Source: a virus (Duplodnaviria; Caudoviricetes). Taken from it: 64,000 bases of DNA. The stretch lies in the IMG/VR virus record IMGVR_UViG_2791355164_000001, positions 26,242 through 90,241 of that record. One strand, written 5' to 3'. Position 1 is the first letter of the stretch. Every line of letters starts with the position of its first letter. The notes beneath the pieces are model-generated. The model had not been told where the DNA came from, did not search any database, and saw nothing but the letters and a program-made list of their open reading frames with translations. The translations under genes and the position numbers were made by a program. Positions 49,001 through 58,573 of this stretch are shown here, piece after piece.

Positions 49001-52000
49001 CGTCCTCTGCTACTTCTTCTTCGTCGCCCGCCAGCTGCACGCCGCCCGCTTCGCCCGGGAGCGCGCGTGCAACCTGCTTCACCTTTTCAAGATCCTCTTC
49101 GCGGAAGCGGAACGTGATAGCGGAGCGATACAGATCCGGGTCAATCACCACCTTATCCATGTCGCGGATCACGGAGAAAATGAAGTCATCATCGTTCTGC
49201 ACGATGGACATGGTGCCGTCGCCGTTATCCTGCACGCTCTCTTTCTGCCCGATGCGGCTGGCGCGCACGCGCAGCTCCTCATAGAGCGCCTGCTGATCGC
49301 GCGTCATCGGCACGCCCACGGTTTTCTCGTCCAGGCCGGGGATTTTCACGCTGTCTTTCACGTCAGCAGCAGATTTAAGCGTCGTCCAGCGGTGGAAGAT
49401 GCCGCGCAGGCCATCAAGGTTTTTAAAGCCCACCAGCCCCTGCTTATCCTCGAGCTCGCCGGAAATTTTCTGCACGGTTACGGTGTCGGTTTCCCCGAAC
49501 ACCCGCACAAAGTCATCCGGCGTCAGAATCCCCATCGCCTTCCACTCTTCCAGCGACACAACGTGAGAGAGCATGTTGAATGCGTCGATCGGAGAGTTAA
49601 CCAGCGGCGTTGCGGTCAGCATCACCACCCCGCGCCCGTTGTACTTTTTCATCATGTACTGGCTTTTCACGGCCATATCTCGGGCTGTTTTGGAGACGGA
49701 CGGATTAGGCAGGTAAGCCAGCTGGCCAGCTTCACGGCCGGCGCTGTGCGAGTTGCGGTAGTTATGGCCTTCGTCTGCGATTACGCTGTCAAAGTGCATA
49801 TCTTCAAAGTAGGGGATCTGGCTCTTTTTCTTCGTGCCGGTATCGGCGGCTTTATCACGGAGTTTGTTGCGGGACGTGGCGGCGCGGTGCGTGGACTTCA
49901 TCAGATCCGTGCGGCCATTCTCAATCTGGTTAAAGACTGCCTGGCTGGAGTTCTCTTCAATCGTCTCCGGGCGCATCGGGATATCGCCAAACTGCTCTTT
50001 GGTCATCACCACGGCGCGGTAGTTGGAGACCGGGATCATGTTCATGCGCTCAAGCACGGTCGCGGCAGCGGACTCTTTTACCACGTTGCGCATGACCGGC
50101 TGGCCATCTTTGTCCAGCTTAGGCTCGTTGTTTTCGTCGCGCTCCGGCGCCTGCATGATCTGGCCATCATCGCCGCGCACTTCGTCCAGGCCAACAAACA
50201 GGATTTTCTCAAACGCCTCGGCGCTGTAGAAACCGTGGGCTTCGTGATACCAGTTCTGCAGCACGGCTTTAGGCACGACGTACACGGTACGCTTGCTCCG
50301 CCCCACCTCGTAGTTATAGGCCTCCAGCGCCAGCGCGGTTGTGGTTTTACCCAGCCCGGTACCGAATCCCATAATGCCCCGGCCATCTTCCGACAGGCGG
50401 CGCACTTCGGCGTTCTGGTAGCTCAGCGGAATGCGCTTGCCGCTGATCTGCTGCAGCTGCAGGGACGAGGACGAATGCTCAAACGGCACGTAGCCGTTAA
50501 ACGCGTCGTTGTAGTCGCTGACAACCGATTCAACGTCCGGATGCGTGCGCAGCCAGTGGTTAAACTGTGCCTCCAGGCCGCTGATGCGCTTCAGATAGAC
50601 GTTAGCGTTCACGCCGCGCGGCTTCACGCCGTTCAGGTAGTTTTCCAGCTGGTTGTAGAAGCCGTCTTTGTAGCTGGCGCGCTTAAATTCAGTCACGCCA
50701 CCTTTGCCGGTGACGGAGCGCACCTGATAGCCGGAAAATACGCCGTCTTTCCCCGCGTAGTTGTCCTCCGCGGTCAGGTAGCCGTTTTCGTTTTCCAGAT
50801 CCTGCGTGTACTTAAAGTCGTCAAAGCCCTGGTCAATCAGGAACTCTTTAATCAGCCGGCGATCCAGCCAGCGTGCGTTAAGGTTGACCGTAATATCTTC
50901 AATCGGCGTATGGTTGCGCTTCTCGTTGATCGTTTCCAGCTGGCGAACGTAGTTAGCCTTAACCGGCCCGTCCGGCGCGTCGTTAATCAGCGCCGCCAGG
51001 CGGGACACCTTGCCGCGCACGTTGCCGGTTGTAGCGCGCGCCAGCGGCATAATGTTGCCGTTACCGTCGAGCGCAATCTCCGGGAAGGTCGCCAGGTGCG
51101 CCAGTAACGCCTCGTCATCTTCCGGCAGTTCGCCTTTAAACGCGGCGCGGAAAGCGGCCAGTGCCACCGGTACCAGATCCACATCGCTGAAAAGGTGCGA
51201 TACCACCTGCTCCGGACTGGCAAAGTCCACCGCCACCGCCTCGCTGCGGTCAATGGTTCCGTTCAGCAGCGCGGACAAATCCCCTTCGCGGCTGACGTTG
51301 GCCTGAAAACTCAGCCAGCCTTTGGCGCTCGCATCAGAGAGACCGGCCAGCTTCAGGCCTTTCGGCGTGCCGTACTGCCCGACTTCTTCACTCACCAGGC
51401 GCGCGGCGTCAGCAATAATGCCGCTGGCGTCGCCGCCCAGCATCTGCGTATCGAGCGCGTCGTTGATGCGCAGGCCGATGATCGACGCGCGCATCACGCG
51501 CCAGCGATGCCCCGGCTTCTGCTGCATCGCAAAGCGAATGGCCGCGTGAATGCGATCGTCAAACAGCTGCGGGTATTCCACGCTGGCCGCGTACAGGGCG
51601 CGGCTGTCCAGCGAGAGCATGCCGTTAATCGTGCGCGTTTTCGTCTGCAGGTCGCCAAACGTGGCGGCACCGAACCGCTCCGCGTCGATCCCGCTCGAAG
51701 CCGTGGTGGAATCTTTAATAAACCGCGTGCCATCGTAGGTGTGCCAGACGCCGGCCATCAGCCGCTTATCACCCTCTACCGGCGACTGCCAGACCGCAGC
51801 AGGCGTACCCAGCCGATCCCAGTCGATGCGGCTGTCAAAGCGACGCGACAGCGCGGCTTTCATCGCCTCATTGGTCAGCTGGCCATCTTTTTTGACCACC
51901 AGGATGTTATTGAAGTCAGATCGCTCGGTTTCGCCGTGAACGTAGCGCCGCCCCTCGGTTTCAAACCACTTGCCGCGGATAAACGTTGGCCACAGCACGC

Positions 52001-52910
52001 TTGCTGCCTCAAGCGACTGTTCATCGCTGTCATGCACCAGCTGCGTCAGCGCCTCGGTGTGCTTTCGCAGCACCCACACATCCACCACCGTGGCGGTACC
52101 GCTCTCGGCAAACGTGCCGGACGGCATGCGGTGCGCGCCCAGGAACTCCGCCACGCGGGAGACGCGATCGCGCAGCTTCTTGTTGGCGCCGCCGCCGTCG
52201 GTCATGCCGTTTGGCACCACCAGCACCACCAGCCCGCCGTATTTCACCTTGTCGATGGTGCGCATCACGAAGTAATGCCCGACGTTGGTTTCATCCCGGT
52301 AGGCCGGGTCGAGCTCGGCAAAGCCCGTGCGCGAGTCGCCAAACGGCACGTTGCCGACAGCGTGGTCATAGCTGTTGTCCGGTACTGACGCGGCCAGCTT
52401 CTCAAACGCGCCCATGCGCACGTCATCTTCCGGGTGCAGCAGCTGGTTAATGCGTCCTGACGTGTCGGAGATCTCCGCGGACGTCATCATTGCGCCGGCG
52501 GGCTTGGTTTCCTGAAAAACGCCCGTGCCGGCGGACGGCTCCAGCATGTGACCGCCGGTAATGCCGTAGTCCGCAAACAGATCCCATATTCCCTCCGCCA
52601 TAAACGGCGGGGTGTAATATTCATACTGGCTGCCGCCGCCGCCCTCCAGACCGCCCTCACCGCTGTACCCGGCCAGAATCCGGCGCTGTTCATCGGTGAG
52701 TTTGTTCCCGTCAAAACCCGCCGGCAGCGAGTTAAGCAGGCTGACAGCATTATCATTAGCGGCGCGGCGTTCGCGCTGCAGGCTCACCCCTTCCCGTTTT
52801 GTCACGCCAAACGCCACAACCGTTCGCTGTTTGTGCAGGCGCATGACCAGGCGGATCAAGTCCTCAACGGACCCGGCTTCCTGGACCGCCCTGTTTTCTC
52901 TTTTTTCCAC
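46041..52910 (-). CDS. darB: DarB antirestriction protein (MTase + SNF2-type helicase)
   Basis: EYYTP, LEPSAGTG, GNVPF; GTGLGKT, DEGH, TATP, QRNGRGAR; about 2290 aa; probable GTG start. Confidence 0.92.
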   Translation of the reverse strand: MEKRENRAVQEAGSVEDLIRLVMRLHKQRTVVAFGVTKREGVSLQRERRAANDNAVSLLNSLPAGFDGNKLTDEQRRILAGYSGEGGLEGGGGSQYEYYTPPFMAEGIWDLFADYGITGGHMLEPSAGTGVFQETKPAGAMMTSAEISDTSGRINQLLHPEDDVRMGAFEKLAASVPDNSYDHAVGNVPFGDSRTGFAELDPAYRDETNVGHYFVMRTIDKVKYGGLVVLVVPNGMTDGGGANKKLRDRVSRVAEFLGAHRMPSGTFAESGTATVVDVWVLRKHTEALTQLVHDSDEQSLEAASVLWPTFIRGKWFETEGRRYVHGETERSDFNNILVVKKDGQLTNEAMKAALSRRFDSRIDWDRLGTPAAVWQSPVEGDKRLMAGVWHTYDGTRFIKDSTTASSGIDAERFGAATFGDLQTKTRTINGMLSLDSRALYAASVEYPQLFDDRIHAAIRFAMQQKPGHRWRVMRASIIGLRINDALDTQMLGGDASGIIADAARLVSEEVGQYGTPKGLKLAGLSDASAKGWLSFQANVSREGDLSALLNGTIDRSEAVAVDFASPEQVVSHLFSDVDLVPVALAAFRAAFKGELPEDDEALLAHLATFPEIALDGNGNIMPLARATTGNVRGKVSRLAALINDAPDGPVKANYVRQLETINEKRNHTPIEDITVNLNARWLDRRLIKEFLIDQGFDDFKYTQDLENENGYLTAEDNYAGKDGVFSGYQVRSVTGKGGVTEFKRASYKDGFYNQLENYLNGVKPRGVNANVYLKRISGLEAQFNHWLRTHPDVESVVSDYNDAFNGYVPFEHSSSSLQLQQISGKRIPLSYQNAEVRRLSEDGRGIMGFGTGLGKTTTALALEAYNYEVGRSKRTVYVVPKAVLQNWYHEAHGFYSAEAFEKILFVGLDEVRGDDGQIMQAPERDENNEPKLDKDGQPVMRNVVKESAAATVLERMNMIPVSNYRAVVMTKEQFGDIPMRPETIEENSSQAVFNQIENGRTDLMKSTHRAATSRNKLRDKAADTGTKKKSQIPYFEDMHFDSVIADEGHNYRNSHSAGREAGQLAYLPNPSVSKTARDMAVKSQYMMKKYNGRGVVMLTATPLVNSPIDAFNMLSHVVSLEEWKAMGILTPDDFVRVFGETDTVTVQKISGELEDKQGLVGFKNLDGLRGIFHRWTTLKSAADVKDSVKIPGLDEKTVGVPMTRDQQALYEELRVRASRIGQKESVQDNGDGTMSIVQNDDDFIFSVIRDMDKVVIDPDLYRSAITFRFREEDLEKVKQVARALPGEAGGVQLAGDEEEVAEDAESGLTDTRTSKVVKTMLKNRGGVVELVVSDTLEQQVLDAIAAAGIDMQHVSHPVPPKYAALIENLKAGLPDGKQIIFMDEKTQHNKLRRIIASALGLQEQQIGIINATTVAKASGVKVKPVKKPVEPVEKADGSFKEGAWDKYYQELARYEDYQAALNDASLAGMEGIAADYNEGRTPIIICNKKAEVGINLHKGTADTHHLTLPWTPASIDQRNGRGARVGSERDSMRVHYYCGKGSFDEFRLETLQRKKNWINDVMKSDVSSMKNGDVESKEEQSLLLAANPEERRARVDAQLKAKREAERQQAEREAAASLDIYLKASVAAATPTEVLEANITDLSAAFDEINGSIDGLRADVTDAETAYNIELERDGKRSADNWRGQDRRNARAALKEGLAKQKKLEQELNGARKALTRSKSAANTIKRSRGEVERAILSGALEVDPDVLRAPEQYMKLAGGQLVRIGACYEIWMDDDKQEKGVFQIRKFFPEKGTVEVELIHKPLRCYTRPDIGGFAEMPSDLVGDRVEITTDQAKALQKAARGIDPVSLADTLSRADFYVAIRAGVMNVKADAWMYRDAAGELKHEYIHAGITVRDSIKAEDWLYPDHGDEQLKRELYQYSLTKNLYSVQAVFKAVFGGNYNAAMQGYGEQADMEDVVKVFSQLVAEFEAGDAQGRKVTGATDAEAKAYFLGTSQDSFFWSNSISIRQFRNAMTGFSNSNEYEAMFNQLRDGMGQGKVKAVRALADQYAAAALEQFRQYTPESIQATIATVLDKTRYEAMGDIDNAANVTESPAAQFLRASVALGDLSESDVTAETFLSSRTVKALVGGLYTFLEQMEEGGYRDHAPTWTDYKALMTGKLSPEELAERRASANLAATTAATAVRAEQAQKQASGFQVLKNEQELVASRKWKNRTFKIDFPAGGAYVLTDTSDKPVLKRKAVRDLMKEKYGAKFWNFEADPVAGNEFTQPAWLIPSSHDLDALRADIENA

Positions 52911-52988
52911 TGTGTGAATTTTCCCCGGATTGCATAAAGCGGTTATGGTTATATAAATTCTAAGGGTTTGTAAAAAGGACACTATACA

Positions 52989-54683
52989 TTGGCTAAAAGA
53001 AACAAGGCGCTTTCTGTAATCGGCGCACTCAGGCAGGCATTCAGAGGCTCAACCAACGACGCGCCTGACTCACTCGCGTGGACTAACGGACAAAACGTTG
53101 TGGTGTCCCGATCCGGGCTGGCAGCACTGGCGTATCAGGAAGGTAAGGCAGGTGAAATGACCACGGCCGGCGACAGCCTGTACCTCGGCGCAGAGCTGCC
53201 GCTGGACCGGCTGCAGCGCTACGCCATTCTTGAGGAAATGGCTAACAGTCCAACCTGCTCCGCCGCGCTGAATATCCACATTGGCCACGCGCTCGCGCCG
53301 GACAAAAAGACCGGGCTGGCGTTCTGCATTGCCCCGGTTGACCCGTCGGACAAAGAAGGCGCGGCGCGCGCAAAAGAGCTGCAGGATGATTTAGGGGCGA
53401 TGATCAATAAACATTTGCCATCGCTGGCTATGACTATGGCGATTTTTGGCGTCTCCTACGTGCGTCCTTATGCCCGGACCGGCAGCGGGATCACCAGCCT
53501 GGAAAACAGCTATTACTCGCTGCCCTACTTTGTGCAGGAGTTTTATAAGGGCGATCAGCTGGTGGGGTTCGGCGGGGATTACGTGCTGTCACCCGATACG
53601 CATACGCGCACGCTTTCCTCGCCGTGGTCTCTGGTACCCATGAAAAACCCGTACTGGACACCCACGCGTAACGTGCAGCCGGTCACGTCCGGCAACCGGG
53701 GCTATTCGCTGCTGACTGAGGAGGAGGATAAGGAAATCGCGGAGACGCAGAACTACGGAACCAGCTTTCTCGCGCACGCCTATGAGCCGTTCCTCAACCT
53801 GACGGGCGCACTGAATGCGCTGAAAGCCACGCGCTACAACGCCGCCAAAATTGACCGCCTGATTGCGCTCACCACCAACTCACTCGATCCGGTTGTGGGC
53901 GCCAACTACACCCGAACCGTATCGCAGACGCTCAAACGCCACGGCGAGGCGTTGCAGAAAAAAGCGGTGAACGGGAACACCATGCCAACCGTGATGAACC
54001 ATGTGATCCCGGTTATGGGGGATGGCAAAAACGGGATCACGATTGATACGCAGTCGATACCCGCGGACATTACCGGCATTGAGGACGTGATGTTTCACCT
54101 GCGCCAGCTGTGCGCCGCGCTCGGGATTGATTCAACGATGCTGGGCTGGGCGGATCAGATGGCAGGCGGGCTGGGGGAAGGTGGCTGGATTCAGACGGCC
54201 ATTCAGGCGGCGCTGCGGGCGCAGTGGCTCCGCCAGGGCGCGCAGGAGATGATTTACCGGCTTATAGATATTCACCTGGCGTTTAAATACGGCAAGGTAT
54301 ATCCGGAGAATGACCGGCCCTACGTGGTACAGTTTAACTCCATGAACACGGCGATTCAGGAAGAAGAAAGCCGTGAAATGGACGCCCGCGCCAACTTTAT
54401 TACGCTCATGGTGCAGGTCATGGACGCGCTGCAGGCCAACAACAAGCTGGCGGAGAATGACACGTTCATGCGCTACCTGTTCAGCGATCAGCTGAAAATG
54501 GACGACGGAACGCTGGATAAGATGCTGGCGGAGTTCAGCAAAAGCCGTGACAAGGCCGATGCGCAGGAGGATGACGCCGGCAGCATGATGAACGAGTCAG
54601 CGCCTGACGGCGACGATCCGGCCAACTGGACGCATGAGGAGCTGGTGGCGTTTGCCCGATATGTTGTCAGACCGGAAAGTTAA
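52989..54683 (+). CDS. prt: Portal protein (P1 Prt-like)
   Basis: 564 aa, divergent from darB as in P1. Confidence 0.75.
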   Translation: MAKRNKALSVIGALRQAFRGSTNDAPDSLAWTNGQNVVVSRSGLAALAYQEGKAGEMTTAGDSLYLGAELPLDRLQRYAILEEMANSPTCSAALNIHIGHALAPDKKTGLAFCIAPVDPSDKEGAARAKELQDDLGAMINKHLPSLAMTMAIFGVSYVRPYARTGSGITSLENSYYSLPYFVQEFYKGDQLVGFGGDYVLSPDTHTRTLSSPWSLVPMKNPYWTPTRNVQPVTSGNRGYSLLTEEEDKEIAETQNYGTSFLAHAYEPFLNLTGALNALKATRYNAAKIDRLIALTTNSLDPVVGANYTRTVSQTLKRHGEALQKKAVNGNTMPTVMNHVIPVMGDGKNGITIDTQSIPADITGIEDVMFHLRQLCAALGIDSTMLGWADQMAGGLGEGGWIQTAIQAALRAQWLRQGAQEMIYRLIDIHLAFKYGKVYPENDRPYVVQFNSMNTAIQEEESREMDARANFITLMVQVMDALQANNKLAENDTFMRYLFSDQLKMDDGTLDKMLAEFSKSRDKADAQEDDAGSMMNESAPDGDDPANWTHEELVAFARYVVRPES

Positions 54684-54816
54684 TTTCCGGAAAACCAAAA
54701 AGGCCGCACACAAATTTACAGGGGAGTGTGCGGCTTGATGAAACCAGTCATCTAAAGCAGATATAAAAACTGAAGGAAAATATATCTGCGCTCCGGGATG
54801 ATTAATTGCCCTGTCT

Positions 54817-55125
54817 TTAATTGTTATCCAGATGCTTTACTGCCCTAAATATCTTTTTTTCAGCAGGTTTTTTAGGTTTCTTCGGGGTGTTAAGTACCAG
54901 GTATTCTTGCTGTCCTTCTTTTTCATCCGGCCTGGTAATACAGAACGGACAAACCTTCACGCCCGAAAAGTGCATAGAGGCTACGGTCAGTGCCTGATTA
55001 AGCGTATAGCAGGTGCCAATGAACGTTCGTTCTTCAAGTGAAGGCAGCTGCGGGCAGTCTATCCGGTGTAGGAGCAACCCGGATGGAAAATGATCACTGA
55101 CAAAATATTTCATAGCCTTATACAT
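54817..55125 (-). CDS. Hypothetical Zn-binding protein
   Basis: H...C and CPFC motifs; AT-rich upstream region. Confidence 0.55.
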   Translation of the reverse strand: MYKAMKYFVSDHFPSGLLLHRIDCPQLPSLEERTFIGTCYTLNQALTVASMHFSGVKVCPFCITRPDEKEGQQEYLVLNTPKKPKKPAEKKIFRAVKHLDNN

Positions 55126-55662
55126 ACTTCATCCTCTTGCTGTGTGCATAAAACTTCCATGTTAGATATGAAACTTTTCAGCGTAAATCTACGCTAAAGA
55201 GCTTACGCAAATGTTATGTGATGTTTATTTAATTTCATCAACACATTAACTAATTTGCGTTAAGAGAAACTAACATCATAAATTAAATTTAAAAAAGAAC
55301 TTTTTAAAAAACTAAATTAATCTTTAGTAAGTCCAAATCAAATTATGAATGTCACATTCAGTGGCTCAATTTTTGTAAGTACATGATATTTACCGATTCG
55401 CTTACATATGCTGAACTGCACAAAGTTGCACCATTAAGAAAACGTCCGTTAAAAAAAACCATGACTTTCTGAGTGAATTTTTTTCATGTAACGCTAGCAC
55501 ATAATTTGCTCAGTATTTCTGACAATAAACCTGGTTTATGCTCAGAATATTTGCCGTTTCGCTTTGCCATGACAATGTTGATAATCTATCTTCGCAACCA
55601 TTCATAATCTAACTAACTACGTGGTCAGACCATCTGATTAGATAAATTTTTCACTTATGCAG

Positions 55663-55920
55663 TCAGTCTGAGAGCGCGATAACCTGCCAGTCAGCAGAAA
55701 GCATATCTTCAGGTGATGGACAGTAGAAATTCAGTGTCCCGATGTCATTCATGAAAACGTACTGAATCTGATCGTCAGCATCAGGCAGTATGGATACGTG
55801 GTTAGCCGTATCGCCCCACTTTGCACGGCGGCAAATGGCGTCACTATTCTGACTGATTGTTAACATGGCAGAAGCGAAAGTGTGCGCTGCAGGGGATGGC
55901 GCGCGAGGGATATCAGACAT
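55663..55920 (-). CDS. Stand-alone DUF2829/Tad2-like protein
   Basis: TFASAM...CRRAKW...YCPSPEDMLSADW; GGGAG RBS. Confidence 0.7.
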   Translation of the reverse strand: MSDIPRAPSPAAHTFASAMLTISQNSDAICRRAKWGDTANHVSILPDADDQIQYVFMNDIGTLNFYCPSPEDMLSADWQVIALSD

Positions 55921-55972
55921 GGTGTGCTCCCTGTGCTTAAAGAAGCGTCACTACAGGAGGTTCCAATCTCCG

Positions 55973-56053
55973 GGTGGTGACGTTGACAGGGTTGGAACTA
56001 CCGGCGCACAAGAAAACCGGCCTACCCGAAGGTAGCCCCACCAACGCCACCAT
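55973..56053 (-). ncRNA. C4-type antisense RNA
   Basis: ATGGTGGCGTTGGTGGGGCTACCTTCGGGTAGGCCGG...CCGGTAGTTCCAACCCTGTCAACGTCACCACC cloverleaf; GTTCCAA loop complementary to TTGGAAC targets at 56124-56133 and 55959-55968. Confidence 0.8.
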
Positions 56054-56255
56054 AGATACGCCCGGAATGATCCGGACGTGGTAGCGCCGAAGGCACTATG
56101 TGCCAGCTCTCATGCTTTTTCAGGGTTCCAATCCCGACCGCTGTTTTGCAGCGGCGCGCACACTATATCCGCCGCACTGATAAATTCAATATGTCTAATG
56201 TGAAATTATCCACTGGTCATTAGATCCACGCATGGATCAAGAAAAGTTACCTACG

Positions 56256-56277
56256 CAAATTACAACCGTCCTACCAT
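56256..56277 (+). promoter_or_regulatory. Putative late promoter for pro
   Basis: CAAATTACA-N7-TACCAT. Confidence 0.7.
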
Positions 56278-56346
56278 CAGTCCGCGCTGACAACCGCCAG
56301 CGCTGCCGCCGCTTTGCGGGGCATCCATTGAAGTTATGAGGACAAT

Positions 56347-57351
56347 ATGAAAGCACTCCGCACGGTAACGGATCGTTTTTCACTCATTGATAAAATTCGT
56401 CGTTTCACGCCGCAAAATGATCGCAACTACCTGCTGCGCTCGGTCCGGGAAACGTTCAGCAGCCCGGAAACGCAGGAACGTATTCAGCTGGGGGAAATGT
56501 TCGGCTACTACGGCCACGGGCGACGCGCCGCCTACTATGCGAAAACCGGACGGCTGAACCTGCCGGAATTTGCCGTTGTCATGGTGGATGGTAAGCCGGT
56601 GACGATCGAAAACGTGCCTTCAAACCGGACGCTTGAAGTGAGCGTTGATGATAACGGAGTCGTCACTCACGTTCAGGAGATTCTGGACACCGATCCGGGC
56701 AACATCGTTGACGGCATGAGCCGTTCCCGCGCCGGTGGCTGGTCATGGGCGACCGGCGGCGATGATAGCGCGGTCTCCAGAGTCAACAGCCTTCACGGCT
56801 TTGATTACGTGACTTTCCCTAACTACATCAGCCTGGATAACGCCTCAGCAATGCTGGAGTCCGCCAGCGATCGTGAAAGTATGATTTGCGCAGGGCTGGT
56901 GGAAAAAGGGTATTCGGAGAATCAGGCAGCGGACATTTTTCAGCACTTTGAAAGTATGCGCGGCCAGGCGGCAATGTTTGAGTCGGGAGACGCGTCACTG
57001 CTGGAATCGGCGCTACACATTGAGCACGGCAAGCGGCTGGAGCTGGAGGATCGGCTGCGCAGCGCCAACCTGATGATTGAGAGCGCCGGCAACGTGGCAA
57101 AGTCCCGTCGTAAAATTATGAAAGAGGCGCTGGCCAACATGCCGCTGTTTTTCAGTAAAGAGCAGACTGCTGCGCTGTGCCGGATGGACACGCCGGAAGA
57201 TGCGATGATTGTTGCGTCCATGCTGGAATCTATCGGAGCAAAAGCAACTGCTTCACTGCCTATGGGCGCAGGAAAACAGCATGCTCTGCCGCAAAAAAAG
57301 AGTATGACTGCAGAAGAAGGACCGCTTTTCTGGATTACAACAGGGAAATAA
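56347..57351 (+). CDS. pro: Head-processing protease (P1 Pro-like)
   Basis: GYYGH, GGWSWA, GFDYV..P motifs; synteny after prt. Confidence 0.75.
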   Translation: MKALRTVTDRFSLIDKIRRFTPQNDRNYLLRSVRETFSSPETQERIQLGEMFGYYGHGRRAAYYAKTGRLNLPEFAVVMVDGKPVTIENVPSNRTLEVSVDDNGVVTHVQEILDTDPGNIVDGMSRSRAGGWSWATGGDDSAVSRVNSLHGFDYVTFPNYISLDNASAMLESASDRESMICAGLVEKGYSENQAADIFQHFESMRGQAAMFESGDASLLESALHIEHGKRLELEDRLRSANLMIESAGNVAKSRRKIMKEALANMPLFFSKEQTAALCRMDTPEDAMIVASMLESIGAKATASLPMGAGKQHALPQKKSMTAEEGPLFWITTGK

Positions 57352-57614
57352 ATTAGGGAGGAGATACCGCGCCCGGTGAAGGGCGCGGTTATGGTTTCTC
57401 TAAAATTAAGAAAAACCTTAATCTTGATCCTTAAGCTGATCAAGTTTATTATCCGCGCTCTGACCAAGCCGGCAAGCCTGGTCAGAACAAAAAAAAATCG
57501 CCTGCTGGTAACAGTCGATTTTTCTACAACTTTATGTGGTTAGCGCCACAACGGCATTGCGCCGTACAACAAAACGATAAACAACAACCTGCTCACTTAC
57601 AGGAAGGTAAATCA

Positions 57615-57689
57615 ATGGAAATATCCATTCACAGGGAAAGAGATAACCAGGAACGATTAACCATTCACAGGGAAGGAAATAACCAGTGA
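57615..57689 (+). CDS. 24-aa leader peptide overlapping next start
   Basis: MEISIHRERDNQERLTIHREGNNQ*; GTGA overlap; built from two 26-bp repeats. Confidence 0.35.
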   Translation: MEISIHRERDNQERLTIHREGNNQ

Positions 57690-58573
57690 AGATAGTAGCT
57701 AAAAACGCCGATCACGGCAACTCTTTTCCCTTGCATTGCTTAGATAATAAGCAAAATCCTGTACGAATTACCGGGTATGATTTTACCCACGTTATTGAGC
57801 TTTCACCTCTTCCAAAATCCCTCACTCGCGTACTGAAATTCGCGTGTAATTTGGCGTGCTCTACGTCCAGATTTGAGATCATCAAATCCCTCAGCACTTT
57901 GGCAGAGGAAGCAGGCGTGAGCATTTCTACCGTTCAGCGCGCTTATCGCCTGGCGGTTAAACTCGGCATCCTTACTCATGAGGAGCAGCGCTGCAAAAAC
58001 AACCACAAGTGGAGTAAGCCCAGCAAGTACACGTTCACCAGCAAAGCGCTGGCTTTTGTACAGGCGAGTCTGGCTGAACTGAAAGCGGCTAATCTTCAGC
58101 CTGCGGGGCGTCAGAGCCTCGTCCGGAGAATCGTTGCTGACACCTTCTCAAAATTAAATTTCACCCTCGCTACCCCTGGTCAGAATGAACAGGCTACCCC
58201 TGGTCAAAATGACCAACAAGAAGTAAGAGATCTCTCCAGAACAAGAGAAACACAATACAGTGAGTCAGCAATTTCGGAATCGAAAGAGATTGCGTCAGAG
58301 CCATCAGCGCCAGAGAAAAAATTCGGGATTTATCAGGAGTCACTGCAAAGCCTGGCAGCAGGATCAGCAGCAGCAGACAAAGAGCGCCGCGCAGAGGCAT
58401 ACCAGCGCAACGGCCAGTTGATGCACAAGGTCTACGGCTATATTAAATCCACGTTTAAGCCCAAAGCAGCTGCGGGCCGGAAACCAGAAAGCCGCCGCCA
58501 GACGGGTGATTTCGCTGGCGACGGTCTGAAGCATGATAACTACGCGATCCCGGAAGGGTTCAGAGGCGCTTAA
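57686..58573 (+). CDS. HTH replication-initiator-like protein (candidate lytic replicon)
   Basis: SLSTLAEEAGVSISTVQRA HTH; internal 24-bp tandem repeat next to AT-rich stretch. Confidence 0.55.
   Translation: MKIVAKNADHGNSFPLHCLDNKQNPVRITGYDFTHVIELSPLPKSLTRVLKFACNLACSTSRFEIIKSLSTLAEEAGVSISTVQRAYRLAVKLGILTHEEQRCKNNHKWSKPSKYTFTSKALAFVQASLAELKAANLQPAGRQSLVRRIVADTFSKLNFTLATPGQNEQATPGQNDQQEVRDLSRTRETQYSESAISESKEIASEPSAPEKKFGIYQESLQSLAAGSAAADKERRAEAYQRNGQLMHKVYGYIKSTFKPKAAAGRKPESRRQTGDFAGDGLKHDNYAIPEGFRGA

Noticed and set aside
48306-51107. 933-aa ORF on the plus strand
   Set aside because: Antisense shadow of darB with no recognisable motifs.
56244-56252. AAGTTACCT resembling the P1 late operator
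   Set aside because: Not at the right distance from the -10 and absent from the other late promoters; CAAATTACA fits all four.
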